Under the pieces are notes generated by a model. The model was not told where the DNA came from. It did no database searches and was given only the letters and a program-made list of their open reading frames with translations. Of a DNA stretch of 64,000 nt, positions 37,818-50,403 are shown piece by piece. Origin of the DNA: Eledone cirrhosa (lineage: Eukaryota). A program made the position numbers and the translations under genes. Location of the stretch: assembly GCA_964016885.1 (NCBI GenBank), contig OZ024744.1, positions 20,088,001 through 20,152,000 of the forward strand, read 5' to 3'. Positions within the stretch are counted from its first letter, which is position 1. Each line of letters starts with the position of its first letter.

Positions 37818-39540
37818 TCGAAAATGTAATACGTGAATGTAATAGATAAAATCCATGGGGCTGAAAATCGAGGGCCCGAGGGCGACCGCTATTCTGCTCC
37901 TTCAACCTCAGCCGGTCGCCCTCGAGTGACGTGGCTAAAGTTCACAGTGTGCTACTACCGGTCAGATAAAGGAAAACAGAAAGGGATGGGAACATAAGTT
38001 AGCGTCAATCTCATGCCACAAGATAAAAGAAAGAAAGAAAGGAAGGAGAGAGAAGAAGGGGGAAGGAAGAAGAGAAGCCAGGGTTAATGTCAGCTATAAG
38101 AAGAAAGACAACTACTACCGGTCAGATATAGGCAAACAAGAGGGGGAAGGAAGATAAGTCTGTGGGAGGAAGACGGGAAGAGGGGAGAAGAGAAGGAAGA
38201 GAAGAGAGAAGTAGAAAAGTAAGAGTTGATGGCTACAAGAAGGAGGATAGAAAGAAAGAGGAAGAAAGGTCGATATTAATGTCAGACCACAGTCAGGCCA
38301 GGAGTGGCGCGAGAAAATGTTCACAGGGACCCGCATCTTAGCAGAGATGAATATATTGGGAGTCAGTGTCAGGATGAAGTTAAAAAATTAATAATCAATA
38401 TTCAATATTAAGGAGGTTAGAAAATTTAAAGTTAACAGTGTAACATTTTCAGATCTACATAATACAATTAACGTTTCTTCATAAAAGACTCTCTTTAATT
38501 AAAACCCGCAACCCAAAACCTCATAGAAGTTCTTTAAATGTTTAATCCTCAATTTTCTGTTCGTTCAATTCTCAATCTTCTCACTCTTTAATTTTATAAT
38601 GTTATTCTGAATTCTTTCAACTTCATCCGATAAAGTTAAGCACTATTTTAAAGTTCCATCTTTCTGTCGGACTGTTGGGTAGGTTTTAATGGCGGCGCGA
38701 CCGGACCCCTGGCGCACGGGCTTACCTGGAGTGCTTGGAAAAATAAATTTCCCCTTCTTTCGGTAAATGAAAATACTCGGCGCAGCTTAATTCGCCCTGG
38801 GGCCCGGGGCGCGGCCGGTGTTTTAACCGCCACATAGTACCTTTAAATTACAGAACAAATCGGAACTATTAGATATATCAACCTGAAAATGTTAAACTGT
38901 TTAACTTTAAATTTTCTAACCTCCTTAATATTGAATATTGATTATTAATTTTTTAACTTCATCCTATAAGTCTAAACATTGTAACACACTGACTCCCAAT
39001 ATATTCACCTCTGCTAAGATGTGGGTCCCTGTGAACATTTTCTCGCGCCACTCCTGGTCTGACTGTGGTCTGACATTAATATCGACCTTTCTTCCTCTTT
39101 CTTTCTATCCTCCTTCTTGTAACCATCAACCCTTACTTTTCTACTTTTCTCTTCTCTTCCTTCTCTTCTCCCCTCTTCCTGTCTTCCTCCCGCAGACTTA
39201 TCTTCCTTCCCCCTCTTGTTTGCCTATATCTGACCGGTAGTAGTTGTCTTTCTTCTTATAGCTGACATTAACCCTGGCTTCTCTTCTTCTTCCTTCCCCC
39301 TTCTTCTCTCTCCTTCCTTTCTTTCTTTCTTATATCTTGTGGCATGAGATTGACGCTAACTTATGTTCCCATCCCTTTCTGTTTTCCTTTATCTGACCGG
39401 TAGTAGCACACTGTGAACTTTAGCCACGTCACTCGAGGGCAACCGGCTGAGGTTGAAGGAGCGGAATAGCGGTCGCCCTCGGGCCCTCGATTTTCAGCCC
39501 CATGGATTTTGTCTATTACATTCACGTATTATATTTTCAA

Positions 39541-39598
39541 ATACCTGATGATATCACCGGATTCATACGGAACCCGGTCATTGAACTGATCATAGTAT
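39541..39598 (+). ncRNA. Hammerhead motif copy with GAAA to GAAC core change
   Basis: atacCTGATGA...attGAACtgatcaTAgtat. Confidence 0.65.
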
Positions 39599-39809
39599 AA
39601 TAAACCTTTCAAGGATTTACACAAATCCAGCCTCCTGTCATTTCATTATAATATTTAACTCCGTAATAGCACCATCATCTACAAAAACAAAGACGGTTGA
39701 ACTGCTTTACGTTGAGTACTCTCTATATTTTACATTACGATCGACCATACGGAATAGACCAGCTCTATACAGTGGTGAACCTCAAACCTGAATATATATA
39801 TATATATAT

Positions 39810-40420
39810 GGTGGCTGCCAACTCGTTTTTGAGTACGGCCACTACTTTATATCCATGTAGGAGAACCCCTACTGATGCGCTGAACGAGTGTGACTTTTTA
39901 GTCCAGCCAGCGACTTGAAAACTCTGGTACAAAGACTACACTTGTGACAATTATTGACACATAGTGTTGGGCCCATGGTACCATGTGACGACAAGTGCAG
40001 AGAGATCTCCAGATATAAAGCAATGCCTGTGCCGTGAAGCTTTTATAGTGAGCAAAGGCACTGCACAAAGCCAGTCCCACTCTCTTAACCAAGATGATAT
40101 TTACCAAAAAGAAGAACAAGTCAACATCATTGGATACCATCAGGGTTGCAGGTGTTATATCAGAGTTTTCCTTCTCCTAGAATTCTGCCTTGACAAAGGC
40201 TAAGGGGTCATCTCTCCCGGTGATTTTGGATGGCCATTGACTCTTAAGAGCTCCTTTGCCCTTTGACAGGTTTTGTTTTTAGTCCTGCAGGATGTCCAAA
40301 GTCACCCTCCTCACCAAGAAACCTTGGTGGGGTTGCCAGTTTAGTCGCCAACGACCCGACCATGAGACAGGTTGTACTGGGATACATGTTACCAGTAGCA
40401 CCAACTGGTGACCTGACATT
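39810..40420 (-). mobile_element. Non-autonomous RTE derivative copy 2, with 3' terminus
   Basis: Encodes CSLCTRVFKSLAGLKSHTRSAHQ*. Ends tggccgtactcaaaaacgagttggcagccacc (like the RTE terminal stem-loop) followed by (AT)n. Confidence 0.8.
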
Positions 40421-40567
40421 GATATCTCTCTCAACCCCTCCCTCTCTCTCCATATATATATATGTGTGTATATATACATGTATATAATATATATGTATGA
40501 CTGTGTATTTGTGTGTGTGGGGTAGGGGGAGGGGTGTTTGTATATTTATATATATATATAAATACTC

Positions 40568-40614
<47 letters not shown>

Positions 40615-40633
40615 TACATACACACATATTTAA

Positions 40634-40707
<74 letters not shown>

Positions 40708-40859
40708 GAGTATTTATATATATATATAAATATACAAACACCCCTCCCCCTACCCCACACACACAAATACACAGTCATACATATATATTATATACATGTA
40801 TATATACACACATATATATATATGGAGAGAGAGGGAGGGGTTGAGAGAGATATCAATGT
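40416..40859. repeat. Near-perfect palindrome around (TA)n
   Basis: acattgatatctctctcaacccctc... versus ...gaggggttgagagagatatcaatgt; arms ~170 bp with no mismatch noticed. Confidence 0.9.
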
Positions 40860-41112
40860 ACGTTAGATATTTCAAAACCAACTTCCTAATCTAAGAGAGG
40901 TTTTACAGACATAAATACCATATGGTATATATTTATATACACAAAATATACCGTATGCACCGTATACATTATATATACCGTTTAGACTATATATACACCG
41001 TTTACAATATATATACACCACATGGAAAATACATTAATAGTGAATTATCTCGCAAGTTTCATTAAGATTTAGAAGGATATACTCTTTCATTGACATTTCT
41101 AGATTAAGGTAC

Positions 41113-41388
41113 TCACACACACTCAAACACACACACACACACATATATATACACACACAGAAACATACACACACTCACACACACATATATATATATACAT
41201 ACATGCACACATATATATATATACACACACAGAGACATACACACACTCACACACACACATATATATACATATACATACACACACATATATATATACACAT
41301 ACAGAGACATACACACACTCACACACACACACATATATATATACATACACACACATATATATACACATACATATACATACACACACTT

Positions 41389-41437
<49 letters not shown>

Positions 41438-41644
41438 TATATATACACACACAGATACATACACACACTCACACACACATATATATATATATACATATAC
41501 ATACACACATATATATACATACACACACTCACACGCACACGCACACATATATATACATATACATACACACATATATATATACACACACAGAGACATACAC
41601 CCACTCACACACACACACGCACACATATATATATACATATACAT

Positions 41645-41687
<43 letters not shown>

Positions 41688-42922
41688 GACATACACACAC
41701 TCACACACACACGCACACATATATATATACATATACATACACACACATATATATACACACACAGAGACATACACGCACTCACACACACACGCACACATAT
41801 ATATATACATATATATACACTCACATATACATACACACACAGAGACATACACACACTCACACATATATATATATATACATATACATACACACACACATAT
41901 ATATATATATACACACACAGATACATACACACACTCACATATTTATATATATACATTTTTTTGTTTTATGTGTGTGTATGCATATATCTATGTATACAGC
42001 AAACAGACATACATAAAGGGTAATGACTTTGCACACACCTACACACACACATACACACACACACACATACACACCTACACACATACCTATACCCACACAT
42101 ACCCACACCTACACACACCTACACATATACATACACACACCTACACCCATATACCCACACACATACACAGATACACACACAGACACACGTACACACACAT
42201 ACACATGCCTCCTCCCTACCCCACACATACGCACACATACATCCCCACCCCCATACACACATCTACAAACACCTACACACCTACACACACCCATACACCT
42301 ACATACCCACACCCACACATCCACCCACCTACCCACACCTGTACACACCTACATCCACCCACATACACACCCCTACACACACGCCTACACATACACACCC
42401 ATACCTACACACACCTAAACACACCCATACCCCTCACACCTACACACACCTACACCCACCTACACTCACACCCATATACCTACACCCCCCACCTACACAC
42501 ACCCACCAACACACCTACACCCCCACCCACCTACGCGCACCTACACCCAACCATACACACACACCTACACCCACACACCACATACCTACGCACAACCAGC
42601 TATACCCCCACATATACCCCCCCCACCCCACACACACATATCTACACACCCACACACACATCTACATACCCACACACACACACATACACACACACAGATA
42701 TATCTACACACACCTACACACACCTACACAGACCTACACACACCTACACATACCCCCATCCCACCCCCACACACCTACACACACGCACATATATACAAAC
42801 ACGCCTACACCCCCACAACTACGCACCTACCCACACCAACACACACCTACACACACCTACACACATATATACCCCCCCACACACATACCTACACACACAA
42901 CCACCTACACCCACCACACACA
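41113..42922. repeat. Compound CA/TA minisatellite (41113-41955) and ACACACCTAC-rich tract (42030-42922)
   Basis: Recurring agagacatacacacactcacac and acacacctac units. Confidence 0.9.
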
Positions 42923-43119
42923 GATAGACAGAAAACTGTGGTGTTACGCTTCTGTCTCAATGACAATAGCATAAGATGGGATATATTTTGATGAATAAAC
43001 ACTTTTATATGTAATTTGTTAATTAAACTCTTAATTAAAACTGTTAATTAAACTGTTAATTAAACTGTTAATTAAAGCTACAAGTACGAAAACAAGCCAT
43101 TACTCAACCTGTTATATGT

Positions 43120-43362
43120 CTGTCTGTCTCTCACTCTCTCTCCCTCTCACTCTCTCTCTCTCTGTCAGTCTCTCTCCCTATCTAATCTCTCTCTCATTCT
43201 CTCCTCTCTCTCTGTCAGTTTCTCTCTCTCTCTAATCTCTCTCTCATTCTCTCGCTCTCTCTCTCTCTCTAATCTCTCTCTCATTCTCTCACTCTCTCTC
43301 TCTGTCAGTCTCTCTCTCTAATCTCTCTCTCATTCTCTCGCTCTCTCTCTGTCAGTTTCTCT

Positions 43363-43433
<71 letters not shown>

Positions 43434-43660
43434 AGTCTCTCTGTCTTTAATCTCTCTCTCATTCTCTCGCTCTCTCTGTGTCAGTGAATATCTGTCTCTA
43501 TCTCTCTCACTCTAACCTCTCTCTCCCTCTCACTCTCTCTTTCTCTCTCCTTCTGTCTCTGTCAGTCAACCTCTCCCTCTCTCCCTCTCTCTTCTTCTCC
43601 CTCTCTATGTCTGTCTCTCTCCGTCTCCTCTCTCTCTAACTCTCCCTCTGTGTGATCTAC
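43120..43660. repeat. (CT)n-based compound minisatellite
   Basis: Recurring taatctctctctcattctctc and ctgtcagt units. Confidence 0.9.
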
Positions 43661-43681
43661 CTTTATCCTCACTCCATGCAC

Positions 43682-43738
43682 ATATTTCTATTAATATATC
43701 TATTTATTATTCTGATAGTTCTCTGCATTGTGGCAACT

Positions 43739-43792
<54 letters not shown>

Positions 43793-43886
43793 GTATATAT
43801 ATATGTGTGTGTGTGTGTCTGCGTAGTATAGTTGCCACAATGCAGAGAACTATAAGAATAATTAATAGATATATTAATAGAAATAT
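43682..43886. repeat. Imperfect inverted repeat around (CA)-(TA)-(TG)
   Basis: atagttctctgcattgtggcaacta / tagttgccacaatgcagagaactat. Confidence 0.85.
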
Positions 43887-45115
43887 ATATATTTACTCTT
43901 GATTGGCCAGGCCAGAGGTGTTTATTTCCAGGTACCTTATGAATTTGACTTTCCGTATTTATTACTGTTGTGAAATATTGTGGCTTTTTTGGGGTTGTAA
44001 CTTCTCTGTTTTTTAGCCTAGGAAAATATATATATATGCCTACGTATATAATTACATGCATATATGTATTTATTTTCTTTTATTAATTGAGTTCTTTACA
44101 CGAGGAATTAATATTGGTTTTGAAATAACTAATTAACCCGCGTGTGTTTTATATTTTACTCTTAATAATTCGGCCGGAGAATTATATTCCCATTTGCCCT
44201 TTATAGCATAACTTTCTGCATTTACTGCGGTTATGAGAAGCGGTTCTTATTCGGGTACAACTTCTGATTTAGCCTAAGAAAATATCTATATGCGTGTGTA
44301 ATTTATACAAGCATATATTTATTTTTTTTATTTTCAATTGAGTTCTTAAACACGTTGGATTGATAATGTTTTCAAAAAAACTAATTAACCCGCGAGTATA
44401 TAATTTTTTTCCTCATTTCGTGAGTTGTCACCCCTTCCCGCTTCGTGTCGCTATGATACTTCTTCAGTCAAAAACTGCTGGAATTTCAAATTTGGCGGTC
44501 ATTCGAGGCGGGAGAGAGCTACTTTACGGACATGATTTTTGACAGCGGTAAGAAATTGTTTTCTTATATCAATGTTTAATGGGCTTCCACTGATGATTTA
44601 TAAGTGCCCACCTAAATATATTCTTACATGAATATATATTAGGCTTCTACATAAACTGGAAACATTCTCCCAAACTTTAAAAAATTATAATGAAACAATT
44701 GTTTGGAAAGAGAGATATACTATAACTTTAATTATATCTCATAAAATAATACAACTGGTTTTTCCACATTATACATATTGTTAGCACCCCAAACACTTAA
44801 ATTGGGTTTATATTTTAATATAACCTAATGTTTGTTGAGTGAGATGGTTACCAGTCAGAGTTTAGCTTTAAACTTTCTCTGTTATTGTATTAAGTTATAT
44901 ATATATATAAATATATATATATGTAGATAAATCTACCAAAATATACGGTAGTGTCCAATCCGTATGAAGAACTCAAAGTAATCCAAATATCATGAAAAGA
45001 GAAGATGTATTCAACAAATGTTTCGATGAAAATCACAGGAAAACAGAGTCAAGATAAATTAATAAAAACAATGAATAAAAACAAAGAAACATTTCCTTAT
45101 ATTAAAAAAATTATA

Positions 45116-45243
45116 ATTTTACGATCGTTTCTAGGATATATATGTGTGTGTCGGTATGTATATCATATAGATCTATGTAAAAATTTTACAAACTATCAGA
45201 GGAAATATACATACCTACACATATATATGCTGTCTTCAGAAAT
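45116..45243 (-). ncRNA. Hammerhead ribozyme motif with ~100-nt stem II
   Basis: attt-CTGAAGA-[101 nt hairpin]-GAAA-cgatcg-TA-aaat. The copy at 47441-47570 (+) has CA instead of TA. Confidence 0.7.
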
Positions 45244-45246
45244 AAT

Positions 45247-45330
45247 TGTTTCTACTTTAGGCACAAGGCCAGCAATTACCCCGTGCATTACTGGTACTTT
45301 ATTTTATCGACCCCGTAAGGATGAAAGGCA
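45247..45330 (-). mobile_element. SINE 3' part with 10-bp TSD CAGAAATAAT
   Basis: TSD at 45237-45246 / 45331-45340; absent from the other pLTR copy; same family as 58270-58452. Confidence 0.9.
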
Positions 45331-47634
45331 CAGAAATAATGATATTTGTTTATTGAAGAAGACCAACAAAGATTTAATATAATAGGTTTGTTTGGGAACA
45401 GGTTTTGAATTGACCAATAGAAAAGTAGTAAGTGGTCAAGTTGATAGAATAGTAGTAGTAGAAATATAATTTAGGGGTAGAGGAATGCAGACTTAAGTTT
45501 TGAATGGAAATAATACTTTGAATGAAAAGATTATTTTGGGGATGAAAAGAGGTCAATCCGGTGAAAGGTAGAAGAAAATTTGATGTTATTAAAGAATAAT
45601 GCTAGTGTTAAAAACGAAGGAGAATAACATTTTAGGGTAAATGTGTTAGTGAGAAATACCAATCTTATTTAAAATACAAGGAATTTATATCTATAAAAAT
45701 AAATTAAATTAATTTAATTGATAGGTATACTTATAGGGATACATTTATATTAATTCATATAGATGTGATAAATAAGAGTTAGATGTTATTAAAGAATGTT
45801 GTTAAAAACGAAGGAAAAAAATGTTGGGGATAAATGTATTAGTGAGAAATAACAAACTTATATAGACTACAAGGAATTTAGATTAATAACAGGAAATTAA
45901 AATAGTTTATATGTATACTTATAGGAATTAATTTTAGGAAAAGAGAGCTGTAAAAGGGAAATAAATTTATGAAGTTCTCAGTAGTAAAATACTAATTATA
46001 GGTTAACTAAATTTTAAAAAAATAATTATGTAAAATATAAGTGTAATTAGGTTTATAATATTTGAATGTTATTCTAATTCTATGATTGCACGATGTAATT
46101 AATTCTTGTCGCTTATTTAATAGGATATCCTTAGATTACATTATTTCAAAAAGTTCCTGGGAACATAATCTACACTCATATCTGTTATTTTGATAAGGGG
46201 TGAGTGGCCCTTTTGAGCACACTCCAGGTCAGGTTATAATCGATATTCTTTTTTCTATAATTATTAATTATTTCAGCCAAGGATGTTGTATTAGCTAATG
46301 CGGCATTTTTAAAACTATGTTTGTGAGTATTAAATCTTACTTTAAATTGGTTAGAAGTAGCTCCTATATATGAATAAGTGCTAATTTTACATGTATATAC
46401 TATGTTATTAATAAGACAATTTCCTTTTAATGGGCAATTTCCTTTGTTTCTACAGTTACAACCATTCGTGAATATTATATCAGGGGAGTTAGTCAAATTT
46501 GGTGTGGAATTTTCTCGACTTGTTATATGTGAAGGAGATGGTGGTTTGTTGCGGTTTATTTTAGTATTATGGTTAGTTTGATGTGTTGGTGGTATATTAA
46601 TGTTTTTCTTTTACATTTATATGCAGTGTAGGCACTTATATTTTGTTGTATATTTTTGGTAGTGGAGTAGGAATATGTCACCATTGATCTATTTAACATT
46701 TGATGGTATTTATGGTTTGGCGGGAAGTTTTTCTCTAGGATAGTAAAACATCTTTAATTTGTAGTTTAAATGGAGCATTATACATAGTAACTCGTCTATT
46801 ACGGTTTCGATGTTGTTTTTTATATTTATACGATGTAGCCTGATGTTTACTAAGAGAGTTAGTATTAGTGAATTTATTATACATATCTTTAGTTAGATTC
46901 ACTGATTTAGGTGTTTTAGTCTGATTATTAAGAATTTTGTTAGTAATGTTATTAACGTATATTGGAGTATTAGGATGAATGGTTTTTTGAAAGTTATTAT
47001 ATTGTATTTGAGAAGAGGAAGAGAAATTAAGTTTTAAGTTGGTATTTTTGGTGTTTGTAGGTAAAATTGGGTTGTATGTTTGAAGTATTATTGGTACAAG
47101 GTATATAGACTAATTTGTTTTTGTGGCCGCTTGGTTATAACAGGTTGCATTTTTATCGAATACATGTTGGTTAGATGAAAGGTTAGAAATTCTGAATTAG
47201 ATATTATATGCTAGGTTTTTAAGGATGGATCTAGGGTGATTGGATTGTGAGTGTATGTAATGTAAGTTTTGGTTAGGTTTATGGTAAGGTTGGTAGATAC
47301 CCGTAGATAATTCTAAAGTTATATCAAGGAAATTAACTACTTTACTGGTGTTTTCAAATGGAATAGTGAGACTATAATAGTCTTTTAGGAAACCTACTGT
47401 ATTAAATCTTTGTTGGTTTTTTTCAATAAACAAATATCATTATTTCTGAAGACAGCATATATATGTGTAGGTATGTATATTTCTTCTGGTAGTTTGTAAA
47501 ATGTTTACACATATCTATATGATATACATACCAACACACACATATATATCCTAGAAACGATCGCAAAATAATGATTTTTTTTATATAAGAAACTGTTTCT
47601 TTGTTTTTATTCATTGTTTTTATTAATTTATATA

Positions 47635-47735
<101 letters not shown>

Positions 47736-48049
47736 TTGTATTGCATATAACACATTGCCACACAATAATCTTATATAAATAAGACACACGTGCATACCCC
47801 ACGTGTAACTATTGCATACACTAACTACTTCAAACTATCCTCTTGCATTATCTTCGTAAACTGCCGATGTATTTTAACTTTAAATTTGCTTTAATTTTGT
47901 TTTAATATAATTTTAAATTTTTAATTTAAATTGCCATGCAAACATATTATAATGGATGTCACCCCACTGTGCTTCGATATATACATATGTTTCTGTATGT
48001 CTCTTGTGTTGGAAAGGAGGTCATGCATGTAAACAATCATTGAAAAATT

Positions 48050-48093
48050 GCTCCGAAGATCCAAACCTCGGTTTGGACGAAACAATTGTAAGC
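48050..48093 (+). ncRNA. Hammerhead motif (CCGAAGA core variant)
   Basis: gct-CCGAAGA-tccaaac ctcg gtttgga c-GAAA-caattg-TA-agc. Confidence 0.65.
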
Positions 48094-48155
48094 TAATAAA
48101 TGGTTTGAACAGAACTTTGATTCATGTGATTTATATATATATATATATATGATTA

Positions 48156-48193
48156 CGAGCTGAGGATCCGCTAAGATGAAACAATTGTTCTCG
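48156..48193 (+). ncRNA. Minimal hammerhead motif
   Basis: cgag-CTGAGGA-tccgctaagat-GAAA-caattg-TT-ctcg. Confidence 0.65.
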
Positions 48194-48222
48194 GTATGGT
48201 GAACTAACTGTTGTGTAACCAC

Positions 48223-48322
<100 letters not shown>

Positions 48323-48323
48323 G

Positions 48324-48436
48324 GGAAAAAGTTTAACCTCGTCGGCAGAGCTCAAGCCATTTCGACGGCTATTTCTGGACAGAAATAGCCGTCGAAATGG
48401 GTTGAATTCTGTCGTCGTCGGGGTTAAACATTTTCC
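48324..48436. repeat. 113-nt fold-back hairpin (MITE-like)
   Basis: Perfect 20-bp stem 48357-48376 / 48381-48400; TTAACC...GGTTAA near the ends. Confidence 0.85.
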
Positions 48437-48515
48437 TATTACACATTCTACTGCCCTAAGAATTGAGTACTCTGGTGCGTTATAGTCCACCTGGTTCCTT
48501 ACCACACCTCCTTCG

Positions 48516-48604
<89 letters not shown>

Positions 48605-48641
48605 CGTGTGCGTGTGCGTGTCTGTGTGTGTGTGTGTGTGC

Positions 48642-48672
<31 letters not shown>

Positions 48673-49104
48673 TGGTTGGCGTGTTCAACTCACGATCGAA
48701 ATGGAAGTATTTCATTTCCATTGTATCAGCTGGCAAAAATATGTTGTATAGAAAGGGACGACGGACAGATTTGTCATACACCATGACATTCTCAATTTCC
48801 CTGAGAACTAAATTAAGTATGCAAGTGAATGATTTGTCACTTGTATGTTAATTTCACGAGCAGGTAATTCTTTTAATTTGAGCACTCTTCGTCGGAAACG
48901 AAGGAGGCTCAATAACAACATTTTATTAAGAGTGCTCACACACACACTCTCAAACTTACACACATAAAGACACTCAAACTCACACACATACACACACTAA
49001 AACTCACACACGCACATGTATATGTATGTGTGTGTATATCCTGCATATATGTATATATGCAGATTTATGCAGGATATACATATACATACATACACACACA
49101 CACT

Positions 49105-49140
<36 letters not shown>

Positions 49141-49235
49141 AATATATATATATACACTTATATATACGTTGATAATCAGTAAACAAGAGCTTATACAGGT
49201 TTTGATATGTAGTGCTATGCCAAATAAGCTATATA

Positions 49236-49425
49236 ATTGTTTCTACTTTTGGCACAAGGCCAGCAATTTACCAGCGCATTACTGGTACTTCATGTTATCG
49301 ACGCCTGTAAGGATGAGAGGCAAAGTTAACCTCGGCGGGATTTGAACTCAAAATGGCAAAGGCCGTAACTATATGCGTCAAAGCATGGCGGCCGACCCTC
49401 TACCGATACTGCCAATCCACCGCCA
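49236..49425 (-). mobile_element. tRNA-derived SINE
   Basis: Reverse complement of the 58270-58452 family (tggcagtatcggtagag A-box-like; gagttcaaatccc B-box). Confidence 0.85.
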
Positions 49426-49439
49426 TTATATATAAGCTA

Positions 49440-50135
49440 TATAATATACAATGTATATGTATGTACATATTATATATACAACATATGTATTTACATTTTA
49501 TATATACAATGTATGTATGCACAATGTATGTGTATATACAACGTATGTGTATGTAAAATGTATGTATATGTACATTTTATGTGTATGTATGTACAATATA
49601 TATGTATATATAACGTATGTGAATGTATGTACATGTATAATGTATGTATATGTACAATGTATGTATATGCATAATGTACGTGCATGTACAATGTATATAT
49701 ACAATGTACAATGTATATATATATATGTACAATGTATATATACATATGTACAATGTATATGTATGTATAATGTATATGTATGTACAATATATGTATATGT
49801 ATGTATAATGTATATATATATATATATATATATATGTACAATGTATATGTATGTATAAAGTATATGTATGTACAATGTATATATATGTATGTACAATGTA
49901 TATGTATGTATAATGTATATGTATGTATGTACATTGTTTATGTATGTATAATGTATGTATATGTACAATGAATGTACAATGTATGTACAATGTATGTGTA
50001 TGTAACTATAATGTATGTGTATGTATATATAATGTATGTGTATGTATGTATAATGTATATGTATGTATATATGTATAATGTATATGTATGTATAATGTAC
50101 ATGTATGGATATAAATAATGTATGCATATGTATAT
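49440..50135. repeat. Degenerate TGTACAATGTATATGTA-type tandem repeat
   Basis: Direct reading. Confidence 0.9.
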
Positions 50136-50403
50136 ATTGCCTACGACCTAAATTCCACAGAAAGTATAAATTTCATTTAAACATTTGGAAAATCTCAAGT
50201 ACTCAGTGGTTGTGCATCTATGTTGAACTAATGTATGTATATATGTCAACTTGTTGGTGTGTATAAACTAACATATACACTCATGCACACAAGCGCGCAA
50301 TTAGAAATTGAATGAAAATGTGTATGCACATTATACTCACACACGCATACACACACACGCACACACACACATGTATATATATAAAAGTATATTTATATAT
50401 ATA

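Larger units (their letters stand above)
37703..39655. mobile_element. Penelope-like non-coding element with ~750-bp inverted arms (37703-38452 / 38883-39655)
   Basis: Arms are near-exact reverse complements (the ORF track gives matching peptides at 38115-38336 - and 38938-39240 +). Each arm carries a hammerhead motif; abuts (TA)n. Confidence 0.75.
45056..47630 (-). mobile_element. Penelope-like element (Neptune-type GIY-YIG), 5'-truncated, with inverted pLTR
   Basis: 47197-47433 VNFLDITL..YHKP..YIHSQSNHP (RT thumb). 46185-46496 CNCRNKGNCPLKGNCLINNIVY..YIG..FKVRFNTH (GIY-YIG). Inverted repeat 45056-45390 / 47390-47630. Confidence 0.9.
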
